Shown in pieces: positions 8,367 through 17,059 of a stretch of DNA of 64,000 bases. Location: NCBI GenBank assembly GCA_000997385.1, contig LCBT01000003.1, positions 128,892 through 192,891 of the forward strand, read 5' to 3'. A program made the position numbers and the translations under genes. The notes under the pieces are model-generated. The model was not told the origin of the DNA, searched no databases, and was given only the letters and a program-made list of their open reading frames with translations. Each line of letters starts with the position of its first letter. Positions within the stretch are counted from its first letter, which is position 1. This DNA comes from Candidatus Daviesbacteria bacterium GW2011_GWA1_41_61 (lineage in GTDB: Bacteria; Patescibacteriota; Microgenomatia; Daviesbacterales; UBA10151).

Positions 8367-9512
8367 TTGGCAAAGGAAAAAAGGAAGGTAAATAAAAAAG
8401 GCCGAAGAGACGGATTCGGTTTTCAAAATATGAGCGGGTCAGTCTCTAAAAAATCTAAGAAAAAAGCCGGCTGGAAAAAATACCAGCTTCAAACCAAAAC
8501 CCGCCATAAAATCAACTTAGGCCTTTATGTTTTGCTGCTTATTGTAGGCTTAGTAGTGCTGGGAAAATTAATCACCTTTACTACAGGGCTCACCAAACCC
8601 TATTCCCCAGACTTGGAGGAGACCGGTAAAAACTACAATTGGAACGGAAATTCCACTTTAAATTTAGTTGTCAAATCTCAAGAGCTGTTTGTCCTCTCTT
8701 TTAATCCTGCAAGTAAGACCATGGTTGCCATTAAAATTCCTGAGGATACTTATTTAGATCTGCCTTTTAACTTTGGCCGTTGGCCGGCCAGAAGTATTTA
8801 TGATTTAGGACAGGCAGAGAAACCACCTCTGGGAGCGGCTTTACTGAAAGCCACAATTACCACCTCTTTTGATTTGCCGGTAGATGGCTATGTGGTAACT
8901 TCCGGAAATTTTGCTGACTTATCAACTGAGGAGGTGTTGGAAAAACTTCGTAAGGAGCCTTTAGGCGGGTTTAATCTGCTTCGTCAGAGCCGCTCTGATT
9001 TAAGCTTTTGGGAGATGATGCAACTGCTGCTTAAGGTGCGGGGGGTAAGAGGCGATAAGGTCAAAATCACTGATTTAGGGCAGTCTCCGATTACCAAATC
9101 GCTGCTTTTAGCTGATGGGAGCCGGGTTTTGGGCATTGATAGCTTGAGGTTAGATCAATTTCTCTCCGATCAAATCCATGATTCTTTGATGGAGGAGTCA
9201 GATTTAACTATCGGAATCTTTAATGCTACAGACCATCCTCAGTTGGCAGAAAAGGCCGCCCGGATGGTCACTAATATGGGGGGCAGGGTTATTTTTACCG
9301 CCAATGCTTCACTGAGGCGTCAAGACAGCCTGGTTTCCGGTCCGGCTTCTTATACCACCACCCGCTTGGCTCAGGTTTTTGCTCCTTATTGCTTAAAAGA
9401 TCCGTGCGCTAATTCGGAGGGAGATCCTGTTTTAAGCTCTTCCCGGGCTGAAGCTAATGTGGTTTTGGGAGAAGATTTTTTCCTTAAAACTGTTCAGCGT
9501 CCGGGGATTTAA
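8367..9512 (+). CDS. LytR-CpsA-Psr (LCP) family cell-envelope glycopolymer transferase-like protein
   Basis: ORF track, TTG start. The real start may be ATG at 8430, MSGSVSKK. It has a Lys-rich cytoplasmic N-terminus and one TM helix. LNLVVKSQELFVLSFNPASKTMVAIKIPEDTYLDLP ... RSIYDLG resembles the LCP core (DTxxxxSxNxxxxxxxLSIPRDTYV...). Confidence 0.6.
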   Translation: MAKEKRKVNKKGRRDGFGFQNMSGSVSKKSKKKAGWKKYQLQTKTRHKINLGLYVLLLIVGLVVLGKLITFTTGLTKPYSPDLEETGKNYNWNGNSTLNLVVKSQELFVLSFNPASKTMVAIKIPEDTYLDLPFNFGRWPARSIYDLGQAEKPPLGAALLKATITTSFDLPVDGYVVTSGNFADLSTEEVLEKLRKEPLGGFNLLRQSRSDLSFWEMMQLLLKVRGVRGDKVKITDLGQSPITKSLLLADGSRVLGIDSLRLDQFLSDQIHDSLMEESDLTIGIFNATDHPQLAEKAARMVTNMGGRVIFTANASLRRQDSLVSGPASYTTTRLAQVFAPYCLKDPCANSEGDPVLSSSRAEANVVLGEDFFLKTVQRPGI

Positions 9513-9555
9513 TATTCCGGTTTCTCCTGATATACTATAGTCTAAACTTAAGAAA

Positions 9556-10287
9556 ATGATTATTTGGTTTGCACTTTTTTTTCTTGTTTTGCTGGTTTCC
9601 TTGATTCTGGCGTATAAATCAATGGAGGATTACCGGGAAACTACTATTGGTTTAGGAGTGGATTATTCCCTGTTTTTGATCCGTCAGCCTCAGGCTTTAA
9701 CGGAACAGATTATCCAATCTCTCCATCAGGAGATTTTAAAGGAAGGGCTAATTTTGTCCTGGGAAAGGCTTTTTAAGGGGTCCAAATCAGCCTTGGTAGT
9801 CTTTGGTCCGGTTAACCTATTACAACCCTTTTCTACCCGCTTGGGTTTGTTAGAACTGGAAGATTACAGCCAGAAACTTACTCCCCAGCATCTTACAGGT
9901 GTTACCTGTTGGGAAGTAGGTACCAAACACTCTCCTTCAGCTCCCTTATCCTTAAATAATCTGTTTAAGGAATTTCCCCAACTTCAGGTTGAGGAGGAGT
10001 TTTGGTGGCAAGTTGTAGTCCAGCCTAAGCTTTCCCATTTCCAGTCGGTTATCAGGGCAGTAGTGGTGGCGGCAAACCAAAAAAAAGCTCAGGAGTTACA
10101 AGAAAGCCTTTCTAAGATTGGAGGAGAGGCAGGTTTAGCGCTTTTGCCTCAACCATATGCGGTGTCTCAGCTGGTAAAGTTTTATCAAGACAGGGCTCTT
10201 CCTCATAACTTAACTGTTATTGCCGGCAAGGGAATTTTTCCCCTTTTAACTGCTTCTGAGATTTTGGACTTGGTGGGAGCTAGATAA
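9556..10287 (+). CDS. Hypothetical membrane-anchored protein
   Basis: ORF track. It has an N-terminal TM helix (IIWFALFFLVLLVSLILAY) and no recognisable catalytic motif. Confidence 0.45.
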   Translation: MIIWFALFFLVLLVSLILAYKSMEDYRETTIGLGVDYSLFLIRQPQALTEQIIQSLHQEILKEGLILSWERLFKGSKSALVVFGPVNLLQPFSTRLGLLELEDYSQKLTPQHLTGVTCWEVGTKHSPSAPLSLNNLFKEFPQLQVEEEFWWQVVVQPKLSHFQSVIRAVVVAANQKKAQELQESLSKIGGEAGLALLPQPYAVSQLVKFYQDRALPHNLTVIAGKGIFPLLTASEILDLVGAR

Positions 10288-11008
10288 CTTCTTCTTCATC
10301 ACCTTCATTAAAGGCGGTTTCTTCATCCTCAGCATGGACTATTAAATTAGAAGAATAGGCTAAATTAACATTTAAACCATCTAGGAATGAAGGTTGGTTT
10401 TTAAACCGGGGACAGCGGTAAACTTCTTTAATTAATATTGACAGGCTGTTGGTCTTAATATTTTTAATAATGGCTTGGTATTTATTACCTCCTCTAATAA
10501 GACGGATTAAATGGTGGGACAGATCATCCGGCAGGACTCCCAGATAATCTCCGTTTTGATCGGTAATAGCAATATAGCGGTTTTTGACTATTAAATTAAC
10601 TAACACTCCCGCCGAAAGCAGGGATAACTTTTGAGGCTCAGCTACTTTTAGGAGACCGACAATCTTAGTAGCTCCCGGCTCTTCAATAAACAGCTCACTG
10701 TTGACAGGAGAGTAATTGTGAGGCAAAGGCATTTTGTGACCCTTTTTACAAAAGGTGTCAATTCTTTTTAAAAATTTATAGGCAATTTGGTTATAGGGAT
10801 CCAATTCTAAGGCATACTGAAAGTTTTTTTTAGATTTGGTGAACTCTCCCACTTCAAAGCAGGCTCGTCCTAAGCGGTTTAAAGCATCTGTATTTTTGGG
10901 GTCTACCTCCAGAATTTGTTGGTTTAGTTTGATAGCCTCTTCCCAATTTGATGATAAAGCAGCATCGATAGCCTGCTTGAGAAGGTCAGAAGGATTTTCG
11001 TCCATCAA
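10280..11008 (-). CDS. TPR-repeat protein with uncharacterised C-terminal domain
   Basis: ORF track. The N-terminal roughly 80 aa (AIKLNQQILEVDPKNTDALNRLGRACFEVGEFTKSKKNFQYALELDPYN) are TPR-like. Confidence 0.55.
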   Translation of the reverse strand: MMDENPSDLLKQAIDAALSSNWEEAIKLNQQILEVDPKNTDALNRLGRACFEVGEFTKSKKNFQYALELDPYNQIAYKFLKRIDTFCKKGHKMPLPHNYSPVNSELFIEEPGATKIVGLLKVAEPQKLSLLSAGVLVNLIVKNRYIAITDQNGDYLGVLPDDLSHHLIRLIRGGNKYQAIIKNIKTNSLSILIKEVYRCPRFKNQPSFLDGLNVNLAYSSNLIVHAEDEETAFNEGDEEEVI

Positions 11009-11145
11009 CTAAAAGATTTTAATGAGAGTTTATTTTTTTTGCAATATATCACTTCAGTTATCACACTTCTAATTTGTTCAACCTCGGGGGTTGCATATTC
11101 ATGTCCTTGAAAAACTGGACACTAAACGCTATCATCTAAGCTTGT

Positions 11146-11928
11146 ATGAGTGGACACAGTAAGTGGTCAACAATTAAGAGACAAAAAGGGGTGGCGGATA
11201 TTAAAAGAGGCCAGACCTTCACTAAAATTGCTAATGCGATCACCATTACTGCCAGAACCGGTGGCTCTGGTGATCCCAACTCTAATCCCAGGCTTCGAGC
11301 TGCTTTAGAAGATGCCGGGAAAGTTAATATGCCCAAGGAAAATATCCAAAGGGCCATAGATAGGGGCTTAGGTAAACTTCCTGGCCAAATTTTAGAAGAG
11401 GTAATTTATGAGGGCTTTGGGCCGGGCAAAGTAGCTTTTTTAGTAGAAGGAGTAACAGATAACAAGTTAAGAACCAACCAAGAGATAAGGAACCTTTTTG
11501 AAAGGTCAGGAGGATCTTTAGGGGGACAGGGAAGTACCTCCTATATGTTTGATAAAAAAGGGGAAATTAAGGTGAAAGGTAAAGGGGGGAGTGTGGAAGA
11601 GGAAATGTTGGAGTTAATAGATTTGGGAGTTGAGGATGTGGAAGATTTTGTGGAAGAGAATATACAAAAATATTTAGTCTATACAGAAAGCCCAGAATTA
11701 AATACTATGGGTAATAAAATTACTCAGGTTGGTTTTGAAGTAGAAGAGTCAGGGATAGTTTATAAGCCTAATGTTTTAGTGGATATTCACGACCCGGAGA
11801 CAGCTAAAAAAGTGATGGATTTTACTGAAAAACTGGAATCAATGGATGATATCCAAAAAGTCTATGCTAATTTTGATGTTTCCGATAACTTATTGGAGGA
11901 AAGGCAAGGTTCTGCAAGCGAGCAGTAA
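11146..11928 (+). CDS. yebC: YebC/PmpR-family transcriptional regulator (TACO1 homologue)
   Basis: ORF track. MSGHSKWSTIKRQKGVADIKRGQTFTKIA...RLRAALEDAGKVNMPKENIQRAID is diagnostic. It lies upstream of ruvC, as in many bacteria. Confidence 0.9.
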   Translation: MSGHSKWSTIKRQKGVADIKRGQTFTKIANAITITARTGGSGDPNSNPRLRAALEDAGKVNMPKENIQRAIDRGLGKLPGQILEEVIYEGFGPGKVAFLVEGVTDNKLRTNQEIRNLFERSGGSLGGQGSTSYMFDKKGEIKVKGKGGSVEEEMLELIDLGVEDVEDFVEENIQKYLVYTESPELNTMGNKITQVGFEVEESGIVYKPNVLVDIHDPETAKKVMDFTEKLESMDDIQKVYANFDVSDNLLEERQGSASEQ

Positions 11929-11930
11929 TA

Positions 11931-12482
11931 ATGATTATTTTAGGTATTGATCCGGGGACTGCTACTACTGGATATGGAATTATCAGAGTGCCTGATGATA
12001 TTTTGGGCAGAAAATTTGACTATGGTATTGGGCTTATAGATTATGGTTTTATCTCGACCCCTAAGGATTTACCCATGCCCCAAAGGCTGGTAATACTTCA
12101 TCATCAAATAGAGGATATTGTGGAAAAGTTTAAGCCCGATATAATCTCTTTAGAGATGTTATTTTTTGGAGCTAACACTAAGACAGCTATTGCTGTCGGA
12201 CAGGCAAGGGGAGTGATCATGCTATCTGCTGGCATGAGACAGATTCCCATTCATGAATACACCGGCCTTCAGGTAAAACTGATGGTGGCTGGAGCAGGGA
12301 GGGCTGATAAAAAACAGGTCCATGATGGGGTGAGAAAGTTTTTAGGTAAAAATGGGCAGAAGAGTAGAGAGCTGCTCCGGCCCATGGTAGGCTTAAAAAG
12401 GAGCCAAAAAAAGTTCTCTGATGATGCCACTGACGCTATTGCCATTGCTATTTGTCATGTTTTAAAACTGGCAGCGAAGTGA
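11931..12482 (+). CDS. ruvC: Crossover junction endodeoxyribonuclease RuvC
   Basis: ORF track. MIILGIDPGTATTGYGII shows the catalytic Asp, and DDATDAIAIAICH is the C-terminal motif. Confidence 0.9.
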   Translation: MIILGIDPGTATTGYGIIRVPDDILGRKFDYGIGLIDYGFISTPKDLPMPQRLVILHHQIEDIVEKFKPDIISLEMLFFGANTKTAIAVGQARGVIMLSAGMRQIPIHEYTGLQVKLMVAGAGRADKKQVHDGVRKFLGKNGQKSRELLRPMVGLKRSQKKFSDDATDAIAIAICHVLKLAAK

Positions 12483-12489
12483 TGAGGTT

Positions 12490-13269
12490 ATGAATTTTAA
12501 TTTAAGCAAGCGTCATAAAATTATTCTTACTTCAATTATTTTGTCGCTGGGTTTGCTGTCTACTCAGCTTGTGCCTATCTATTTAACCTACAAATTTATT
12601 GGTGGTTTAACTATTTTAGCCTATTTGACATCCCTGTGGGCTTTATGGGAGGGGTTAGACAGGCTAAAGGCGGTAGTTTTAATGATCCTTCCTACTTTAT
12701 TTACTTTGGCTGCAGCCAGCTATTATTTCTTGTTGCCTCTCAGTTGGTGGTCCAGACTGCCGGTGGCGGTCCTTTTTGGTATAACTTTTTATACTTTGTT
12801 GCTTTCTCAAAATGTTTTTAATGTCGCTTCCATGCGGACCATCCCGCTTTACCGGGTGGCTTCAACGACTGTTTTTGTCTTAACTTTAATCACCGCCTAT
12901 CTGTTATTTAACGTCATTTTTTCTTTTAACTTAATTTTTATTTGGAATGCTTTACTGATATTTTTGTTGAGCTTTCCCTTAATCCTGCATCTTATCTGGT
13001 CAATTGAAATGGAGGGAATCACTGCCTCAATTTTGATTTACTCACTGATCCTGGCTTTTCTAGTGGCTGAACTGGGGTTGGCGCTGTCTTTTTGGCCTAT
13101 CTCTAAGGCTATGGCTTCCTTGATGCTTGCTACTACTATCTTTATTACCCTGGGTATTACCACCCATGCTTTAAGGGAGAGGCTGACCAGGGGAATAGTC
13201 TGGGAGTATGTCGGGTGGGGGGTATTAGTGTTTATTATTGCTGCTATTACTACCTCTTGGGTAGGATGA
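12490..13269 (+). CDS. Polytopic integral membrane protein of unknown function
   Basis: ORF track. About 7-8 hydrophobic helices are visible. Confidence 0.5.
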   Translation: MNFNLSKRHKIILTSIILSLGLLSTQLVPIYLTYKFIGGLTILAYLTSLWALWEGLDRLKAVVLMILPTLFTLAAASYYFLLPLSWWSRLPVAVLFGITFYTLLLSQNVFNVASMRTIPLYRVASTTVFVLTLITAYLLFNVIFSFNLIFIWNALLIFLLSFPLILHLIWSIEMEGITASILIYSLILAFLVAELGLALSFWPISKAMASLMLATTIFITLGITTHALRERLTRGIVWEYVGWGVLVFIIAAITTSWVG

Positions 13270-13540
13270 GATCAAATAGAGGAGAGAGGGTACTTATTTG
13301 AGGTAATTCTTACACATAATTGATATAGTATGATATAGTTGAAGAAAATTGTGGATAAGTTTATATAAAAACTATAGGGTATATTTTTATCATCAAAAGA
13401 TCATCAGTTATTTTTTTAAAGAGCAGGGCTAAATTATTTTAGAGAGGATTGAGAGTAGAGTACTCTTTTTCTTGCTTGTTACTCTCCTGAAGATATTGCT
13501 AAATTGCTTTTCACGCGTGAAAAATAAGCGGTCTTATTGT

Positions 13541-13576
13541 TGGGGAAGATCTTATTGTTGGGGAAGAGAGGTTTGG
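13541..13576. repeat. Perfect tandem duplication of the 18-mer TCTTATTGTTGGGGAAGA, inside a roughly 1-kb non-coding region
   Basis: Seen directly: tcttattgttggggaaga tcttattgttggggaaga. Other short tandem duplications lie nearby: tgatatagta x2 at about 13321 and cttttactg x2 at about 13852. Confidence 0.7.
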
Positions 13577-14305
13577 GGGTTTAAATGGAGGTGCCATAAG
13601 ACACAATAAGCTCTTTTTGCGGGCTCTCACCTTCAGATCCGTCTTTCTCTCCCTTCCCCTTAGGATAGGGCTCTACCCGATATATGTCGTACAATGTATC
13701 TTATGCGACATTCTGGATGCCTAGGTCCAGGGGGAGACCCAGATTCGCCAGTTGACGAATAATTAAAGATTTAAAATTAAAGATAATAAATTATTATTAT
13801 TGTACTTAATTTTGCCACTTCCCAATAGAATTTTTTCCCAAAATTTTTTAGCTTTTACTGCTTTTACTGATGATTATTAAATATCGCTTATAAATTGATT
13901 AGGTTGTCCTAACAATCTAATCCTTAAATGATGTATCATACGTCTCACTTCCCTTCCGGCCGTTTTAGGGCCCTTCCAGGGCCTTATGCCTGAAAAGTCT
14001 CTTGAAAGCTCTACAGAGGTTAGATTAGGCTTGCCGAACAGTCGGACAGCTGGTAAAATGCTATTATTGTCTAGTTATTTGAATTTCCAACTTTTTAATC
14101 TTTTTTCAAATATCTAAGTTCTAAACCGGCTTTTTTAATCTTTCTCATGTTTCTATTTTCGTTGTCGTACAATATTTATCTCTTCCCGAATTATTGGCCT
14201 GGTAAACTGCCAGATTTTGCCTGATTGAAAACAGCGAACCTTCTTTTATGCATGGTAGCTTGACAACTGCCTGCTTCTACCCTACTCTAAGATTGACCAC
14301 ATAAA

Positions 14306-14581
14306 ATGGAAGATTTTAGACGGGAGTTTTTAACTAAAAATAATCTTATTGCTTTTTTATTGCTGGGTATTTTTGCTTTGTCCATACCTTTAACAGTCAG
14401 CCTGCTTAAAGAGCAGCAAAGACTAAGGTCCAAAGCTGCCGAGGAACCGCCAATTGTTTTTAAGGGAGACAGTGTTAAAGTAAACTCCACTCTGCCGATA
14501 ACAGATCCGGCTTATTACACCACCACTGATCCTACCGTCCAAGTAGAGCTAAGGTCTCCTTTGGGAGACCCAAGGCCTTAA
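14306..14581 (+). CDS. Small single-pass membrane protein (91 aa)
   Basis: ORF track. The TM helix is LIAFLLLGIFALSIPLTVSLL. It lies immediately upstream of the dockerin-bearing protein gene. Confidence 0.4.
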   Translation: MEDFRREFLTKNNLIAFLLLGIFALSIPLTVSLLKEQQRLRSKAAEEPPIVFKGDSVKVNSTLPITDPAYYTTTDPTVQVELRSPLGDPRP

Positions 14582-14600
14582 GAGAGTAAAAGGAACGCTA

Positions 14601-16391
14601 ATGAAGCACAAATCTATTATATTTTTGACTCTAGGATTAATAACCTATGCTTCGACTTTTTTTTTAGGAATACCCACTTCTTATGCAGGCAACTGTGATG
14701 CTCAATGCACCAATGATGGCATCCATAACCCTAGTTGCCCTGCTGATAGGGATTGTACTCTTCAATGTTTTAAAAATGCCGATGGAACTTGTTGGGGGGG
14801 TGAGTGGGTAGGAGATTGCGCTTGTGGTGGGAATAATACCTGTACTAATAACTATCAATCAACACCTTTTACTGATACTTATAGTACCGGGAGCTGTACG
14901 CTTACTATTACTCATTTAGGTTGGGATCTTAGTGATAATCAGCCTGTGGGGTATAGAGATTTGGGCACTGGTACAAACTCCCATCGGGTAGCAATGAACG
15001 ATTCGGGTGCTACCTGTAAAGATGAAACCAATTTAGATTTTACTAATAATTGGAATACCAGTTCTGGTAGTAATTTCTCCATAACTACGACCATTAATTC
15101 CAAAAGCGCTGGCAATACCTTAGCTGCTGGATGGCAGTTAAATGCTTCAGGTTGTACTATTGGTGATAGTAGTACAACCCAGATTAGTCCAACTCAGGTA
15201 GTGACAAATAGTGGATCAGGGACAAGAAATTATACCTTGTACTATGGATCTCCTCCTACAATAACTTTAACTCCCACTAATACTCCCATACCTACTGCTA
15301 CTCCAACTTTGCCCCCTAATGTTACTGCTACCGCCACTCCCACCTCTACTCCTATCCCAACTCCCACTAGCACACCAACTCTTACTCCCACCCTCACCCC
15401 TACTCCGGCAATTTATACTGTCTCCTACCGCTATGGGGAAAATTTAGCTGATTTAAATCAGGCCCCAAGTTATAACTATAACAGCCAACCGATAAATTTA
15501 ACTTATACCTTTTTAAATAACACTCCCGGCATTAAGACTTTATTTGTAGAATTTACCGACAGCACCGGCCGAAAGGATGTCAGGCAAAAAAGTATTACCT
15601 TGCTTCCCCCTGTTCCTAAAATTAACAGCCTTAGCTGCAACTATGATGTCTTAACCGGAATTGGGACAATTGCCAAAATCAGCGGGGCTAACTTTGGAGC
15701 TTCAGGCAGCGCTACAGTTAAGATGGATAATCAGCTTGCCCGGATTCAATCTTGGACTGATCAGTTGACAGCTACTTCTTCAACCTCTTCTTCTGTACTC
15801 AGCAGTACATCTACGGTGATAGCCAGGGTGAGCACCAGATTAGATGGAGAAATTCCGGTAGAGATGACTTTCAATGATGGACGGCAGTTAGAGGGTAGTT
15901 GTCTGATTGATACCACCACCATTAGTTTTGCCGCTTATGCTCAGTGCGCTCCCCCAACCAACCTTTCTTTGTCCGATGTTGAGGTCACAATTTATGATAA
16001 GGAGGGTGGGAGCCGTCCTTTGTATACTCAAACCATAACTTTAAACGACAAAGGTAAACCGACCAATTTTGCCCCTCAACTAGAGATTGGCCGGGACTAT
16101 GCGATGTTTGTCAAAGCCCCCCGTTCTGTTGCCCAGCGGCTAGATTTTACAGCCTTGGAAGGGACAACAGTTCTCTCCATGTTGGAGTTGGCTGTTGGCA
16201 ACATCAGCAGCAACCGGGGAGGTTTGCCTGATGGCAGGATTGATACTTTTGATGTCTCTAAACTTTATCAACAGTGGAGTTTAATCCAAAGTGTCCAAAG
16301 AAGCGGTGATTTTAACTCTGACACCCGGGTTAACAGCGTGGATTACTCTTGTCTTATTAGCAATTGGGGCAAAGAAGATGCCAAGTTTTAG
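14601..16391 (+). CDS. Secreted multi-domain protein: signal peptide, Cys-rich N-terminal module, Pro/Thr-rich linker, and C-terminal dockerin-like module
   Basis: ORF track. The signal peptide is MKHKSIIFLTLGLITYASTFFLGIPTSYA. There are 11 Cys in about 55 aa (GNCDAQCTNDGIHNPSCPADRDCTLQCFKNADGTCWGGEWVGDCACGGNNTC). A PT linker follows: TPTNTPIPTATPTLPPNVTATATPTSTPIPTPTSTPTLTPTLTPTP. The C-terminal roughly 57 aa, LPDGRIDTFDVSKLYQQW...GDFNSDTRVNSVDYSCLISNW, contain two 22-residue repeats. The second has a perfect EF-hand-like D1-N3-D5-N9-D12 Ca-loop, as in type I dockerins. Confidence 0.6.
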   Translation: MKHKSIIFLTLGLITYASTFFLGIPTSYAGNCDAQCTNDGIHNPSCPADRDCTLQCFKNADGTCWGGEWVGDCACGGNNTCTNNYQSTPFTDTYSTGSCTLTITHLGWDLSDNQPVGYRDLGTGTNSHRVAMNDSGATCKDETNLDFTNNWNTSSGSNFSITTTINSKSAGNTLAAGWQLNASGCTIGDSSTTQISPTQVVTNSGSGTRNYTLYYGSPPTITLTPTNTPIPTATPTLPPNVTATATPTSTPIPTPTSTPTLTPTLTPTPAIYTVSYRYGENLADLNQAPSYNYNSQPINLTYTFLNNTPGIKTLFVEFTDSTGRKDVRQKSITLLPPVPKINSLSCNYDVLTGIGTIAKISGANFGASGSATVKMDNQLARIQSWTDQLTATSSTSSSVLSSTSTVIARVSTRLDGEIPVEMTFNDGRQLEGSCLIDTTTISFAAYAQCAPPTNLSLSDVEVTIYDKEGGSRPLYTQTITLNDKGKPTNFAPQLEIGRDYAMFVKAPRSVAQRLDFTALEGTTVLSMLELAVGNISSNRGGLPDGRIDTFDVSKLYQQWSLIQSVQRSGDFNSDTRVNSVDYSCLISNWGKEDAKF

Positions 16392-16435
16392 GTTCCTGGA
16401 CAGTTTGTTAAAAGTGTGCTTCAATCATATATAGT

Positions 16436-17059
16436 ATGATCCTGCCAAATTTTACAGCCAGTGGTATTAAGAGACTAATTATTTTTACCGTAGCGGCGGT
16501 TATTGCCGGAGAGATAGTTTGGGCAGGTTGGGTTTTAACTCAGCCGGCAGTTAAAGTTGACCGCAAAGATGTCCCTTCAAAAGCTGCTAAGGATGTTATC
16601 AAACCAGTTTCTTTGGCGAAAGTTTCTTTAACTACTCCCCAAAAAACTGTCAAAGTTGGCCAAACTGTTCCGGTAACGATTAATATTTCTTCTTCTAAGC
16701 TCTCTGACGGAGCGGATTTGATTATCTATTATGACAGTAGACTGCTAACCGTAGTTACCTCTGGTAAACCAGCCGTACCGGTAACTGCGGGCAACGTTTA
16801 TCATGAATATCTTTTTAATGATCTGGATGAGAAGGCTGGGGTTATCTCTGTCTCAGCTGTTAACAGAAGGGGTGAGGCAACATTGGCTCGGGGGATATTT
16901 GGTCTAATTAATTTTAAAGCCAAAGCAGTCGGTCAGGCCAAGGTGGCTTTTGATTTTACCACCTTGGGGAATACCCGGGATTCTAATGTTATTGAGTCCA
17001 AAACTACTAAGGATCTGTTGGGAGAGGTTGAAAACCTGGAGGTAAATATCTTACCATGA
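16436..17059 (+). CDS. Membrane-anchored protein with cohesin-like domain
   Basis: ORF track. An N-terminal TM/signal anchor is followed by KTVKVGQTVPVTINISSSKLSDGADLIIYYDSRLLTVVT...GVISVSAVN...ATLARGIFGLINFKAKAVGQAKVAFDF. This fits the cohesin pattern 'G.tV.VPV......gi...d..i.YD...L......g......f.......g.i......... g.la.i.Fka...G...v.f'. Confidence 0.6.
   Translation: MILPNFTASGIKRLIIFTVAAVIAGEIVWAGWVLTQPAVKVDRKDVPSKAAKDVIKPVSLAKVSLTTPQKTVKVGQTVPVTINISSSKLSDGADLIIYYDSRLLTVVTSGKPAVPVTAGNVYHEYLFNDLDEKAGVISVSAVNRRGEATLARGIFGLINFKAKAVGQAKVAFDFTTLGNTRDSNVIESKTTKDLLGEVENLEVNILP

Noticed and set aside
11136-11357. A 73-aa minus-strand ORF overlapping the yebC start
   Set aside because: It overlaps a highly conserved YebC N-terminus on the opposite strand.
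12636-12821. A 61-aa alternative-frame ORF inside the membrane protein gene
   Set aside because: It is a same-strand alternative frame inside a longer ORF.
13930-13990. A possible SRP-RNA helix-8-like motif (CCGGAAGG) on the minus strand in the 1-kb spacer
   Set aside because: Only a short loose resemblance exists. I cannot place the flanking helices or the conserved GNRA/AGCA elements, so it is reported as a question and not a feature.
14287-14858. Antisense or alternative ORFs (14287..14490 - and 14664..14858 -) overlapping the small TM gene and the dockerin-protein gene
   Set aside because: They are embedded antisense and have no motifs.
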